In this document: piece after piece, positions 9,519 through 19,925 of the stretch | Numbering within the stretch: the first letter of the stretch is position 1 | How the letters are laid out: every line of letters starts with the position of its first letter | Assembly (NCBI GenBank): GCA_964595205.1 | Contig: CAZQOQ010000004.1 | Coordinates: 15,277 to 79,276, forward strand | DNA length: 64,000 bases | Origin: an uncultured Flavobacteriales bacterium | GTDB taxonomy: Bacteria; Bacteroidota; Bacteroidia; AKYH767-A; 2013-40CM-41-45 | Direction of reading: 5' to 3' | Notes under the pieces: model-generated | Databases searched by the model: none | Told to the model about the DNA's origin: nothing | The model's input: the letters and a program-made list of their open reading frames with translations, nothing else | Program-made: the position numbers and the translations under genes

Positions 9519-9912
9519 TTTTGGAGTAAGGGAAATATTTCCTGAGTGCTTCGCCAGACATTTTAATTCCCCGGCTCAGGCCTTTTTCAAAATTCCCTTC
9601 GGTAAAGTAATTCTGCATTTCGTGTTTGATGGCATGCCAGAAATCCTTTTCAACTTTTGAATTGATGCCGGCATCGCCGAGTATTGCAAACTGCCGGGAT
9701 TCCGTAGCAAGATAGAAAAGCACACCGTTGCGTTCTTTGGTTTTATTCATGCCGAGTTCAAGGAAAATGAAGGCAGCACGGTCGAGGACATTTTCACCAC
9801 AATCTTCTTCGATGAAAAGTCGTATCTCGCCGGAAGTATTTTTTTCAGCTTCCTTAATCGCATCGAGGATTTTCAGGCGATCACTTTCCGAAAAACGGTC
9901 TGAAGCAGCCAT
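9469..9912 (-). CDS. TPM-domain protein (TLP18.3/Psb32/MOLO-1 family), cytoplasmic short form.
   Basis: The motif NGVLFYLATESRQFAILGDAGI is present. It overlaps neighbouring genes at both ends, which fits an operon. Confidence 0.7.
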   Translation of the reverse strand: MAASDRFSESDRLKILDAIKEAEKNTSGEIRLFIEEDCGENVLDRAAFIFLELGMNKTKERNGVLFYLATESRQFAILGDAGINSKVEKDFWHAIKHEMQNYFTEGNFEKGLSRGIKMSGEALRKYFPYSKNDKNELSDEIIFGKKK

Positions 9913-10487
9913 CAGAATTTTACGGAAGGAGCTTTCTCGGAACCTTTGTCAGCTTCAAAATACGGACGCTCTTTAAAGCCAAACAGGCTTGCAAGAATCA
10001 CACGCGGGAATTTCGACCTGGAAGTATTATATGACTGTGCAGCTTCGTTGTATTGTCTTCTGGCTTCATTGATCCGGTTTTCTGTTCCTTCCAGTTGCGC
10101 CTGAAGCTGATTGAAACTCTCAACTGCTTTTAACTGCGGGTAATTTTCGGCAACAGCCAGCAGTCGCGACAATGCACCACCTACCTGCGCCTGTGCAGCC
10201 TGGTATTCCTGGAGTTTTTCCGGCGTCATATTATTCGGATCGATGCGTATGCTGGTTGCCTTAGACCTGGCTTCCATTACGGCAGTAAGGGTAGACTTCT
10301 CAAAGTCTGCTGCACCCTTCACGGTATTCACGAGATTTGGAATCAGGTCAGCTCTTCGCTGGTAAGATGTTTCAACATTCGCCCAGGCTTTGTTTACTGA
10401 TTCGCGTGAACCTACAAGTCCATTGTACCCGCCGATTCCGATCAGAACTATAACACCGAGGATTATCCAGATTGCGTATTTTTTCAT
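9912..10487 (-). CDS. LemA family protein.
   Basis: An N-terminal transmembrane helix is followed by WANVETSYQRRADLIPNLVNTVKG, typical of LemA. Its stop overlaps the start of the downstream TPM gene (ATGA). Confidence 0.85.
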   Translation of the reverse strand: MKKYAIWIILGVIVLIGIGGYNGLVGSRESVNKAWANVETSYQRRADLIPNLVNTVKGAADFEKSTLTAVMEARSKATSIRIDPNNMTPEKLQEYQAAQAQVGGALSRLLAVAENYPQLKAVESFNQLQAQLEGTENRINEARRQYNEAAQSYNTSRSKFPRVILASLFGFKERPYFEADKGSEKAPSVKF

Positions 10488-10538
10488 ATGGTTTTTTTGT
10501 TTAGATGTGGTAAATGACGTACGAAAGTAAAAACTATT

Positions 10539-11024
10539 TTAAGCTGTAGTTAATTCCCGCAATAATTTTTCGAGCTCCATCGGTTTTTGTGTGCCGATGC
10601 GATAAGGATCTCCTTCCTTAGGCGTGAGTTCGACAGCCTCCGAGCCCCCGGTGTAGAAACGAACCAGGCCCTTAAAATGGAGGTTGAATACAGGATTATT
10701 AAAGTGGTAGTGACTGTAACGCTTGCGCTCGATCTTGACGATGTTTTTTAAGTCGATATTTACCTTCCGGGACGTCCAGAGTCCGTCAAGTTCGATGTAT
10801 GATTTATAGACCCGGATCTTTATATGCAGTACGAAAAGCAGCAGAATGCTGATGATGATGACGACGATGCCCATCAGGAAAAACAGGTTTCCATTCTGAC
10901 CATGATGAATCTTCCACCAGTACAGGCCGAAACAAAACAGTGCGAGCGACAGGCGAAGAAGCATGCTCGGCTGGTTGTATCCCAGGTATTGTTTCTCTTC
11001 GTATAACGGTTGTTCCTGCGTCAT
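10539..11024 (-). CDS. Hypothetical membrane protein with two transmembrane helices and a PH-like soluble domain.
   Basis: Two hydrophobic helices are followed by a soluble C-terminal region. It overlaps the tilS stop by 4 bp (ATGA). Confidence 0.5.
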   Translation of the reverse strand: MTQEQPLYEEKQYLGYNQPSMLLRLSLALFCFGLYWWKIHHGQNGNLFFLMGIVVIIISILLLFVLHIKIRVYKSYIELDGLWTSRKVNIDLKNIVKIERKRYSHYHFNNPVFNLHFKGLVRFYTGGSEAVELTPKEGDPYRIGTQKPMELEKLLRELTTA

Positions 11025-12370
11025 TTGTCTGATAATTCTATGGTAAGAATTTTTTTCGTCGAGGAAGTTATCTTAAAACGTTCATCGATCCGATGCCCCA
11101 AGATACAGACAATGTCCCGACCTGACAAGAGTAAATAAATTTTATCTTTCTGAAACCGGTCGATTTTTTCATCCGTGTAGAAGTCGCTGATTTTTTTCTT
11201 CCCTTTCATTCCAATTGGAAAAAAGTAATCCCCTTTTTCCCATTTCCTTAATGTTAGCGGAAGTTTAATTTTTCCTGAATCTACCTGCTGTATCTTATTT
11301 GTATCTGTAAATGAATCCGTTCCTGAATTTGGTTTTTCAAGAATGGAAATTTTCAGATTCTCAGTGGTGATCATCGCCGGTATTTCTTCAATGATTATTG
11401 TCTTACTTTCTCCGTCAGCTTTCTTTTGAATGATCAAAAATTCCCTGTCGATGAGTAGGGTAGCTTCCTTACTTTGAAAAATTTTGCCGGTCGTTTCTGA
11501 TGCCAGAATTTTTTTGCAATCGATCCCTTTGATTCCTTCTGTATATAATAAAAGCGAAAGAAATGATGATGGATAACTTTCTTTTTTTATCATCGAAAGG
11601 GGCACCATGACGTTTCCTGTTGCATGTTCCTGGACATTTTTTTCCTTCCATGCCGTCATATAATTGTGGACGATACCACTGATTACCGAAAAATCTTCCA
11701 TCAGGCTTTTCATATTCCCTTCGAAATCCTTCGATTCTGTTTTAATGGCTGGAATCAGGTGATGCCTGATACGGTTCCTGAGATATTCGTCACCGGCATT
11801 CGACGAATCAGTCCTGTAAGCTATATTATTTTGAAGCGCATAACCTTCGATTTCATCACGCGTGGCAAAAAGCAGGGGCCGCACCACCTTCTTGTTTTTG
11901 ACCGGTATTCCTTTCAGTCCTTCAGGTCCCGTTCCGCGCATGAGGTTGATAAAGAAGGTCTCAATCGAATCGTTGAGGTGATGAGCAGTCAGGATGTGGA
12001 TATAATTAAATTCACTGCACAAATCGTCGAACCAGTCGTATCGAAGTATGCGCGCTGCTTCCTGGATGGAAATTTTATTTTCTTCAGCAAACTTTTGCGT
12101 GTCGAATTTTTTTGAATGGTAAATCTTCCCTGATCTCCCGGCGAGATCCCTCACGAACAGTTCGTCCTGGTCCGACTCCTTCCCACGCATGCTGAAATTG
12201 CAATGTGCAATGCCGATGTCGTAGTTCATTTTCGAAAACAGGTGAGTCATAACAACAGAATCCAATCCGCCGCTTACGGCAAGCAATAGCCTGTCACTCT
12301 TTGAAAAGAGGGAATGATCGGAAATAAACTCCATCATTCTGCTATCCAGGGAGGATTTGAAATTGTGCAT
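11021..12370 (-). CDS. tilS: tRNA(Ile)-lysidine synthetase TilS.
   Basis: The PP-loop motif LLAVSGGLDSVVMTHLF is present. The start was chosen at the internal Met at 12370, since the longer ORF reaching 12442 would overlap the upstream gene by 46 bp. The start remains ambiguous. Confidence 0.75.
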   Translation of the reverse strand: MHNFKSSLDSRMMEFISDHSLFSKSDRLLLAVSGGLDSVVMTHLFSKMNYDIGIAHCNFSMRGKESDQDELFVRDLAGRSGKIYHSKKFDTQKFAEENKISIQEAARILRYDWFDDLCSEFNYIHILTAHHLNDSIETFFINLMRGTGPEGLKGIPVKNKKVVRPLLFATRDEIEGYALQNNIAYRTDSSNAGDEYLRNRIRHHLIPAIKTESKDFEGNMKSLMEDFSVISGIVHNYMTAWKEKNVQEHATGNVMVPLSMIKKESYPSSFLSLLLYTEGIKGIDCKKILASETTGKIFQSKEATLLIDREFLIIQKKADGESKTIIIEEIPAMITTENLKISILEKPNSGTDSFTDTNKIQQVDSGKIKLPLTLRKWEKGDYFFPIGMKGKKKISDFYTDEKIDRFQKDKIYLLLSGRDIVCILGHRIDERFKITSSTKKILTIELSDK

Positions 12371-12396
12371 CGATAGTTTTTTATAAACCCGCAGGA

Positions 12397-13761
12397 TCAC
12401 TGACCCAGAACATTTTTCATGGCGCCTGCCTTCAGCTGGCACTCTTCATATTCCGCTTCAGCAACTGAACCGTCGGTAATTGCGCTTCCTGCCATAAAAG
12501 AAAGATAGCGGTTTTTATTGTTATGGAGTATACTCCTGATTACGACATTGAAATCAAAATCCCCTGCCGGCGTAATGTAGCCTGCCGAACCGGAATAAAT
12601 TCCCCGCTTCGTCTTCTCGTATTCTTCAATGAGTTCCATGGCCCTGATCTTCGGCGCACCGGTCATCGAACCCATGGGAAAGGCATTTTTTATCACCTCG
12701 GTAAAATGAATGTCATCTCTCATCTCCGACACCACTGTTGAAATCATCTGGTGAAGCTGCCTGAAAGTTTTTATTCCAAATAATTCCTCAACCATTACGC
12801 TGCCGCGTGAAGCCGTCCGTGAAAGATCGTTCCGCACAAGATCTACAATCATGACATTTTCAGATCGTTCCTTAGGATCAGTTCTCAGCTTTTCCGCAAG
12901 CATGCGATCTTCCGCATCGTCTGCGCCTCGTTTTACAGTTCCCTTGATCGGCTGGGAGATTATCTTTCTTCCCCGTTTGGCTAAAAATCGTTCCGGACTG
13001 GCGCTCATCATCGAAAGATGATCGACCTGCATGAACGTGCTGAATGGCATCGGGGAAAGCGAATTCAGTTGCAGATATATGGAAGCCGGATCGATAACTG
13101 CATTCTCCGCATAAAACTCCATGCAGTAATTCATCTCATAGATGTCGCCACGACGGATGTGTTTCTTTATTGCATTCACGTTCTCCAGGTATTCCATCCT
13201 GTTAACCCTCGATTGGATATTCAGGGATGTTTTGGCTGTGGGTAAATGAATGTGAAGGTTAAAACTTTCTGCCAGTTCGTTGATCGAATTTTCAGGATCA
13301 TGACTTTCGAAAAAAAGCACGGTCATTTTGTTACCCGAAAATTCGATGACGTATCGTGGCTGGAAAAAAAAGGAATCAGGCGCGCAGATTCCATCATGAT
13401 TTTGTGAACGCAGATTCTCGACCTGGTTTTTAACATCGTATGAATAATACCCGAACAGCCAGTCTTTAAGTTCTGAATGCAGGTGTTTCAGGTTTCCGAA
13501 AATATTCTCCGTCTGGTCCGTCGTATTTATCTGACCGGCCGCCACCAGCAAGTCGAATGAATGATATTTATCAGCATGGAGCTGGTAATCAGAATTGCTG
13601 TTTAATAACATGCATGGATTGAATTGACCGCACCATGAAGTAATCTTTTCCAGCGACGGAATTGTGTCAAGCAAAAATGTCTTTTTATTCCTGTTGCCGG
13701 TCATTTTAATAAAAAGCGGAATGGCTCTGTGATTCAGATTGGAGCCCGAAAGATAACACAA
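12397..13761 (-). CDS. Chorismate-binding enzyme, aminodeoxychorismate synthase component I (PabB-like) / anthranilate synthase family.
   Basis: The C-terminal chorismate-binding signature is GSMTGAPKIRAMELIEEYE ... GIYSGSAGY. The 454-aa size fits PabB better than TrpE. Confidence 0.75.
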   Translation of the reverse strand: MCYLSGSNLNHRAIPLFIKMTGNRNKKTFLLDTIPSLEKITSWCGQFNPCMLLNSNSDYQLHADKYHSFDLLVAAGQINTTDQTENIFGNLKHLHSELKDWLFGYYSYDVKNQVENLRSQNHDGICAPDSFFFQPRYVIEFSGNKMTVLFFESHDPENSINELAESFNLHIHLPTAKTSLNIQSRVNRMEYLENVNAIKKHIRRGDIYEMNYCMEFYAENAVIDPASIYLQLNSLSPMPFSTFMQVDHLSMMSASPERFLAKRGRKIISQPIKGTVKRGADDAEDRMLAEKLRTDPKERSENVMIVDLVRNDLSRTASRGSVMVEELFGIKTFRQLHQMISTVVSEMRDDIHFTEVIKNAFPMGSMTGAPKIRAMELIEEYEKTKRGIYSGSAGYITPAGDFDFNVVIRSILHNNKNRYLSFMAGSAITDGSVAEAEYEECQLKAGAMKNVLGQ

Positions 13762-13776
13762 TTAGGTTCCTGATAT

Positions 13777-15732
13777 TTAATAAAGAAGATTCCTCTTCCA
13801 GTGAAAGAACTGTTCATATGGATCGTCACCCTCGTATATCTTTACGTCCATGTCATCAAGAAAATAATCATCATGCGAGGGATTCCATGAATAGATTACA
13901 AGCTCATCCTCACCGGTAAAATCCTTCGGTAATTCCGCCGACAGAATTACCTGTTGCCAGGAACCGGTTTTCAGAACAAAATTCTTCAGCGGCAAACCAT
14001 GGTAGTCATAAGATTTTCCTTTCCTTTCAAATGAGATCACCAGTTGTGAATTGTCGGGAGGATTAACAGGAAAAACTCTGCATTTGAATGTGACGTACCG
14101 GTATCCTTGCCCCGGAATATCCGTTGACTTTAATCTCAGGGAGGAGCTGAATTCGTTTTCCATCTTTTCAGAATGAGGAGGTGAAAATGAATTCTCTGAA
14201 GAAATATTCCCCGGGAATGGCCAGAGTTTTTCGTCATAGTCGTTCTCCGATGAGAATAAAACATTGTTTATTTCCTTGTCAGGTTTTTGTTTTCCAAAAA
14301 GATAAGATGACGCATTGAAATAATTTTTTTTCCCGATGAGGTACGGGTAATAAGTTCTGATGACTCCTGATATCTCCAGCGGATGCAAACTGTTGGTCCA
14401 TACATAAGCGAAGTACCCGGAAGTTGACTTACCCGCAATTTCAAACAGCCTGCCCAGGTCGGCTGTTGTCTCGATCTTGTATGCAGTTACTTCCGGCCGG
14501 GGATTCATTTCCCGGAAATAGTAATTCAGATATTCAGGATTTACAACATTTGCAACGATCGGGACATTGTCTTTTCCGTATTTCTTTACCCACCCCTGCG
14601 CATCTTCGGCTACCTCTTTGAAGACTCCGAAGTGATGTTTTGAATAATGCTGCGCAGGCACTGTCGTATCGTAAATCAGGAAAAATGAAAACAGTATGAA
14701 TGTTATTTGTGATGCTTTTTGCGTTTTTAAAATCCGGGGTAAAAAAGAAAAAATAGTCAGCAGTAAAAATGGTGTGGCGAAAAGAAGCGTTGAGAATGTC
14801 AGTACCGGGTGACCAAGTATCGAATACAGATAGGCGACCAGGAAGGTAACGAGAAACCAGGAAAGCGAGATTATCCGCCACTTAGCATAATCCGCGTTTC
14901 TTTCACTTGTTACAATTCCTGAAATTAAAAACAGTGCAATGAATAGAATCAGAATAACAGAGCGGTTAAATAATTCGTAGAAGAATTCCGGAATAAAAAA
15001 CACTGATGGAGGGCCAAGCCAGCCGCCAATGTCGCCGGTCTTCATTTGTTCCAAAAACACCGGTATCTCAGGAAGAAACGTAAGCAAAGCGATTATGCCT
15101 CCGAAAAAATATTTAATGAAATCCTGTCGCCTCACTAAGAACAATCCGCTGATTCCGATGAGCCCGGCAATGAGGAAACTGAAATAATGGAGATGTAAGT
15201 TGATGCTCATCGAAACGATCCACAGCACATACCAGCCGTAACGCCTGCTCTCGCCAGATGGATACAGAAAATTCGTCCATGCAAAGACTGTCAATAATGT
15301 AAACATGATGCCCGGACTATACATCCTTGCAAGCTGGGTAAACAGGATCGTAAAAGACAGGAAGGCAAAGGCAGCCGCGGCAAACAATGCCGTTATTCCA
15401 TTGAACCATTTTTTCCCGATATGATAAATCAGCCATATCGAAGCAAGGCTGCAAATGACGAACGGAAACCTGACGATAAACTGTCCGTCGCCGAAAATCT
15501 TTACCCAGTAAAATAAAAATGTCTGAAGGCCCGCAGGGTGGAAGTCGATGTAAACTCCCTTATCAATCATCTCTGCAAACGAGTCGTAACGAATGCGGGT
15601 GAGCGAGCTAAGCTCATCATTGGAAAAGGACATGCTTTCCAGGTTATAGAAACGCATGATTGCCGCGATTACGATAATTGCAATGAGAGCGATCTTCTCA
15701 AAATAATCATCTGGTCTCTGGGTCTTCATCAA
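13777..15732 (-). CDS. GT-C fold glycosyltransferase, family 39 / ArnT-PMT-like, with a large C-terminal soluble domain.
   Basis: It has multiple N-terminal transmembrane helices, a DE motif in the first loop (SFSNDELSS) as in PMT/ArnT enzymes, and about 300 aa of soluble C-terminus. Confidence 0.6.
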   Translation of the reverse strand: MMKTQRPDDYFEKIALIAIIVIAAIMRFYNLESMSFSNDELSSLTRIRYDSFAEMIDKGVYIDFHPAGLQTFLFYWVKIFGDGQFIVRFPFVICSLASIWLIYHIGKKWFNGITALFAAAAFAFLSFTILFTQLARMYSPGIMFTLLTVFAWTNFLYPSGESRRYGWYVLWIVSMSINLHLHYFSFLIAGLIGISGLFLVRRQDFIKYFFGGIIALLTFLPEIPVFLEQMKTGDIGGWLGPPSVFFIPEFFYELFNRSVILILFIALFLISGIVTSERNADYAKWRIISLSWFLVTFLVAYLYSILGHPVLTFSTLLFATPFLLLTIFSFLPRILKTQKASQITFILFSFFLIYDTTVPAQHYSKHHFGVFKEVAEDAQGWVKKYGKDNVPIVANVVNPEYLNYYFREMNPRPEVTAYKIETTADLGRLFEIAGKSTSGYFAYVWTNSLHPLEISGVIRTYYPYLIGKKNYFNASSYLFGKQKPDKEINNVLFSSENDYDEKLWPFPGNISSENSFSPPHSEKMENEFSSSLRLKSTDIPGQGYRYVTFKCRVFPVNPPDNSQLVISFERKGKSYDYHGLPLKNFVLKTGSWQQVILSAELPKDFTGEDELVIYSWNPSHDDYFLDDMDVKIYEGDDPYEQFFHWKRNLLY

Positions 15733-15747
15733 TACGGGGTTTTCCCG

Positions 15748-16764
15748 TTAGTTACCGGATTTCAGGAGTATTCTCTTCATCGCTTCGATCCAGGCCGGAG
15801 AATCATTCAGGCTTTCGACCATATCAATTTTCTCACCGCCTTCTTTCCTGAACAGTTCATTGTATTCAACATTGATCTCGTACAGTGTCTCGAGGCAGTC
15901 GCTCACAAAGGCCGGGGCGAAGACGAGCAGTTTCTTGTCGCCGGCTTTTGCACGCTCTTTTATGACATGATCCGAATATGGTTTTATCCACGGATCTTTT
16001 CCAAGTCTGGATTGAAAACTGATGGTATATTTTTCCTCAGGTATATTTAGTTCTTCCGCTATCAGCCTCGCAGTGGAATAACATTGCGCCCGATAACAAA
16101 ATGTGTTTTTTTCATTGAGTGATGCGCAGCATCCGTCTTTCAGGCAATGATCAATTGAGTCGGCTTTTTTAATTTGTCTTTCCGGCAGTCCGTGAAAACT
16201 GAAGAGCACATGATCGTAAGCGGCGTGATTATATTTCTTCCCGCATTCGGCAAATGCCTTAATGAAACCATCGTCGTTGCAGAAACTTCCGGTAAATTCA
16301 ATTTCGGGGATGACTTCCCAGTTTTTTACAATCTCCATTACTTTCTCAGCCACCGAGCCTGTGGAGGCAGATGCGTATTGAGGGAAGAGCGGAAATATTT
16401 TTATTTTTCCAATAGCGGGCGTACGGAATTTCTCTATGGCCGATTCGATAGAAGGTGACTGGTATCTCATTGCCATTTCTACCTGGTAGTCTTTCCCCAT
16501 CAATTGCTGCAGCGATTCTTTTTGCCGGATGCTGTAATAGAGCAGGGGAGACACTCCGTCTTTCCTCCATATTTCAGAATACAATTTTGCAGATTTTGGC
16601 GAGCGAAATGGAACGATGATGAGGTTCACGAGGGTCCACCTCATCGCCGGGGAAATGTCGATAACACGAGGGTCGTTAAGAAATTCCCGCAGGTATTTTC
16701 TAACGTCGGCTGTAGATGGACTATCAGGTGTACCGAGATTGATGAGGAGGATTCCGGTTTTCAT
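15748..16764 (-). CDS. hemH: Ferrochelatase.
   Basis: The N-terminus MKTGILLINLGTPDSPSTADVRKYLREFLNDPRVIDI is the canonical ferrochelatase start. Confidence 0.85.
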   Translation of the reverse strand: MKTGILLINLGTPDSPSTADVRKYLREFLNDPRVIDISPAMRWTLVNLIIVPFRSPKSAKLYSEIWRKDGVSPLLYYSIRQKESLQQLMGKDYQVEMAMRYQSPSIESAIEKFRTPAIGKIKIFPLFPQYASASTGSVAEKVMEIVKNWEVIPEIEFTGSFCNDDGFIKAFAECGKKYNHAAYDHVLFSFHGLPERQIKKADSIDHCLKDGCCASLNEKNTFCYRAQCYSTARLIAEELNIPEEKYTISFQSRLGKDPWIKPYSDHVIKERAKAGDKKLLVFAPAFVSDCLETLYEINVEYNELFRKEGGEKIDMVESLNDSPAWIEAMKRILLKSGN

Positions 16765-16846
16765 TTATAGAAGAATGAAGATTGAAAAATGTATAATAAC
16801 TGTGGTAGGTTTTGCAGTTGCAGTTACGGCCGTCATGCTTCGGGTT

Positions 16847-18244
16847 TCATAGATGTATCGCCCTGTTTCCCGTTGCCATCAGGCATGCTTCTTTAAACGC
16901 TTCGGAGTATGTTGGATGAGCATGACTCATCCTTGATATATCTTCGGCTGAAGCGCGATACTCCATGGCTACGACCGCTTCGGCAATCATGTCGGCTGCA
17001 CGCGGGCCGATCATATGTACGCCGAGAATTTCATCAGTATTTTTATCGGCCAGAACTTTGATAAATCCATCTGTATCCATGCTTGCGCGGGCGCGCCCGC
17101 TGGCTTTGAAAGGAAACGATCCGGTCGTATATTCAGTCTTTCGGGACTTAAGTTCTTCTTCCGTATAACCGACAGAAGCAACCTCCGGCCATGTATAAAC
17201 CACACCAGGGATAAGCAGGTAATTGATGTGTGGCTTTTGTCCGGCGATGATCTCAGCAACAAAAATTCCTTCCTCTTCAGCCTTGTGAGCGAGCATTGCG
17301 CCCTTTACAACGTCGCCGATTGCATAAATACCTTCTACATTTGTCCGGAGATTTTCGTCAGTCTCTATTTTACCGTTCTCGCTCACCCTGATTCCTGCTT
17401 TTTCCGGGTTCAGGTTTTCAGTGTACGGCCTCCTGCCTGTGCTTACCAGGCAATAGTCTCCTTCGAACGAAATTATTTTCTTTTGTGCGTCTTCTGCCGT
17501 CACCGTAACACGGTTTCCGTTTACGGTGGCAGTAGTCACTTTATGGCTGAGAAAAAATTCAAAGCCTTCTTTCTGCAGCACTTTTTGTAATTCCCTGCCC
17601 AGTGAGCGATCCATGGTTCCTATGATGGCATCGGTGAATTCGATAACAGAAATCTTCGATCCCAGTCTTGCATACACCGAACCCAGTTCCAGGCCGATCA
17701 CTCCGCCGCCGATGATGATGAGATGAGCTGGTATTTCCGGAAGGTTTAACGCCTCGGTGGAAGTAATGATTCTCTTTTTATCAGTCACTACACCCCTGAT
17801 CGAAGAAGGTTTTGAGCCTGTTGCAATAATGAAATTTTTCGCAGTGAGTGTAGACTTTTCTGAATCAGATACGGAAATTGTTTTTGGACCGGTAAATGAG
17901 GCAGTACCTTTGAATGTGATGATTTTATTCTTCTTCATCAGAAAATTTATCCCGTCAGTGTTTTGTTTGACGACGACATCCTTTCGCGCCAGCATCTGTT
18001 TAAGATCGACTTTTAAATCATTAAGACTGATGCCATGGGTTTTGAAATGCCGTGAAGCATTATAATAATGTTCTGACGAATCGAGCAGTGCTTTCGAAGG
18101 AATACAGCCGACGTTGGTGCAGGTGCCTCCAAACACATTGTATTTTTCAACTATCGCTGTTTTCATGCCCAGTTGTGCACACCTGATTGCAGCAACATAT
18201 CCACCCGGACCTGAGCCAATTACAACTACATCGAATGAATCCAT
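16847..18244 (-). CDS. lpdA: Dihydrolipoyl dehydrogenase.
   Basis: The FAD site is VVVIGSGPGGYVAAIRCAQLG and the redox-active disulfide is GGTCTNVGCIPSKALL. The length is 465 aa. Confidence 0.9.
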   Translation of the reverse strand: MDSFDVVVIGSGPGGYVAAIRCAQLGMKTAIVEKYNVFGGTCTNVGCIPSKALLDSSEHYYNASRHFKTHGISLNDLKVDLKQMLARKDVVVKQNTDGINFLMKKNKIITFKGTASFTGPKTISVSDSEKSTLTAKNFIIATGSKPSSIRGVVTDKKRIITSTEALNLPEIPAHLIIIGGGVIGLELGSVYARLGSKISVIEFTDAIIGTMDRSLGRELQKVLQKEGFEFFLSHKVTTATVNGNRVTVTAEDAQKKIISFEGDYCLVSTGRRPYTENLNPEKAGIRVSENGKIETDENLRTNVEGIYAIGDVVKGAMLAHKAEEEGIFVAEIIAGQKPHINYLLIPGVVYTWPEVASVGYTEEELKSRKTEYTTGSFPFKASGRARASMDTDGFIKVLADKNTDEILGVHMIGPRAADMIAEAVVAMEYRASAEDISRMSHAHPTYSEAFKEACLMATGNRAIHL

Positions 18245-18289
18245 ATATTATTTCACTTTTCAGAATGGAAGCGCAAATTTATTGAATAA

Positions 18290-19915
18290 TTAAAACCACT
18301 GAATGATTCTGCGGAAGACAAGGTACAAAATCATTGTAACAGCAAGGAAGGCGCAGGTGAAACCTATGTAATCACCATGACGTGCATAAAAAGTAATGAT
18401 TTTGTTTACGAGTAGCTTGCCTTTGAGCGCATCTTCGTTCCACCAGCCGGTCTGGCTTATGATATCCCCGCGCTGATTAATAAAGCAGGAAATACCGGTG
18501 TTAGCAGATCGTGCAATACTCTTCCTGAATTCGACCGCCCGAAGTCTCGCATAATTCATGTGCTGACGATAACCCGGAGTGTCTCCCCACCAGCCGTCGT
18601 TTGTGATGATTGAGATGAATTCGGCAGTGTCACGTATATAGGCACTCATGAATTCACCGTAAATGGACTCATAACAAATCGCAGGTGCTATTTTAATCCT
18701 GGAGTTGGAATAAAAATTCGTCCGGTTGGTTTGTATGCCAAGGCTTCCTGATGTGCCTCCAAGTTTAATCGCATAGTCTTCCAGGAAACCGAATATTTTT
18801 GGATACGGCATTTTCTCAACGCCCGGCACCAGCCGGCTCTTATGGTAAAGCTGCACCGATTCCTGGTCAGTTATCAGCATAGCAGCATTGAATACATCAA
18901 AATACACGGAGCTGTTTTCATTCTTCCTGGCAGTGATGGGAATCTTTTCTCCTTCAGGGTATGACTTGAAAGAAGTAAGTCCCATAATCATGTTCAGCCG
19001 AGGGTATCTTGAAGTTACCGTCCTGATCATTTCGATGTAAGGATGCGTCTCGATTTCTTCTTCACGAATCCCGTCGGGAAGTGCCGTTTCCGGGCCGATA
19101 CAAAAATCTGTGGAACTGTCGATGACCGTAGATGCAAGCCTGAGCATGGAAGCCAGCTGGTCTTTTCCGGAGCTCTTGAATTTTTCATGATAAGGATCGA
19201 TGTTTGGCTGAAGAACAACGACGTTCACGGGCTCGCCTGAGTCTTTATGGTTGTAATACAGATACAGCGACAATATCAACGGACTGGCGATTAGTCCGAA
19301 GATTATGAAAGAGATCAGGAAGACATTGATCTTCCGGATTTTCAGCAGCAAATCCTTATACCAGAGATTTTTCAGAAGCTGGAAAATAACCATGTTGATG
19401 ATGAGGACCCATACAGAACCGCCGAGTGTTCCGGTGTATTCATACCACTGGACCCAGGCAGGATGTGTCGCGAAGACATTACCGAGTGTGAGCCACGGCC
19501 AGCTGATCTCCCAGTTCAGGTGCAGGTATTCGAAGGCAATCCAGAATATGACAAGGAAGGTATAACCGACAGAAGAACCGTGTTTTCTCTTCACGACAAA
19601 AAACAACTGCCATACGATAGCCATAAAAAAAGCATTGAGTGCAATGGCTACGATGCTACCCACATCACTGGCATAATAAATCCACCAGGTTGTAAGAACA
19701 TTCCAGATGAACAAGGCAAGAAAAAAATTTCCAAACATGCGGAAGCCTTTTTTCCGTTTTTGAATGGTAGTGTAATTATGTTCGGCAAAAAACAGTGGAA
19801 CCAGTGCGATAAAAATCAACGGCGTAAATCCTCTTTCCGGCCATGCCAGCCAAAGTAGAATGCCGGTTAGCACCGATGAGATTAGTATAAAAGTAGAGCG
19901 TTTATGCTTTGACAT
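18290..19915 (-). CDS. lnt: Apolipoprotein N-acyltransferase.
   Basis: A multi-transmembrane N-terminus is followed by a carbon-nitrogen hydrolase domain. The ~540-aa size is typical of Bacteroidota Lnt. Confidence 0.8.
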   Translation of the reverse strand: MSKHKRSTFILISSVLTGILLWLAWPERGFTPLIFIALVPLFFAEHNYTTIQKRKKGFRMFGNFFLALFIWNVLTTWWIYYASDVGSIVAIALNAFFMAIVWQLFFVVKRKHGSSVGYTFLVIFWIAFEYLHLNWEISWPWLTLGNVFATHPAWVQWYEYTGTLGGSVWVLIINMVIFQLLKNLWYKDLLLKIRKINVFLISFIIFGLIASPLILSLYLYYNHKDSGEPVNVVVLQPNIDPYHEKFKSSGKDQLASMLRLASTVIDSSTDFCIGPETALPDGIREEEIETHPYIEMIRTVTSRYPRLNMIMGLTSFKSYPEGEKIPITARKNENSSVYFDVFNAAMLITDQESVQLYHKSRLVPGVEKMPYPKIFGFLEDYAIKLGGTSGSLGIQTNRTNFYSNSRIKIAPAICYESIYGEFMSAYIRDTAEFISIITNDGWWGDTPGYRQHMNYARLRAVEFRKSIARSANTGISCFINQRGDIISQTGWWNEDALKGKLLVNKIITFYARHGDYIGFTCAFLAVTMILYLVFRRIIQWF

Positions 19916-19925
19916 TTCGATTTCA

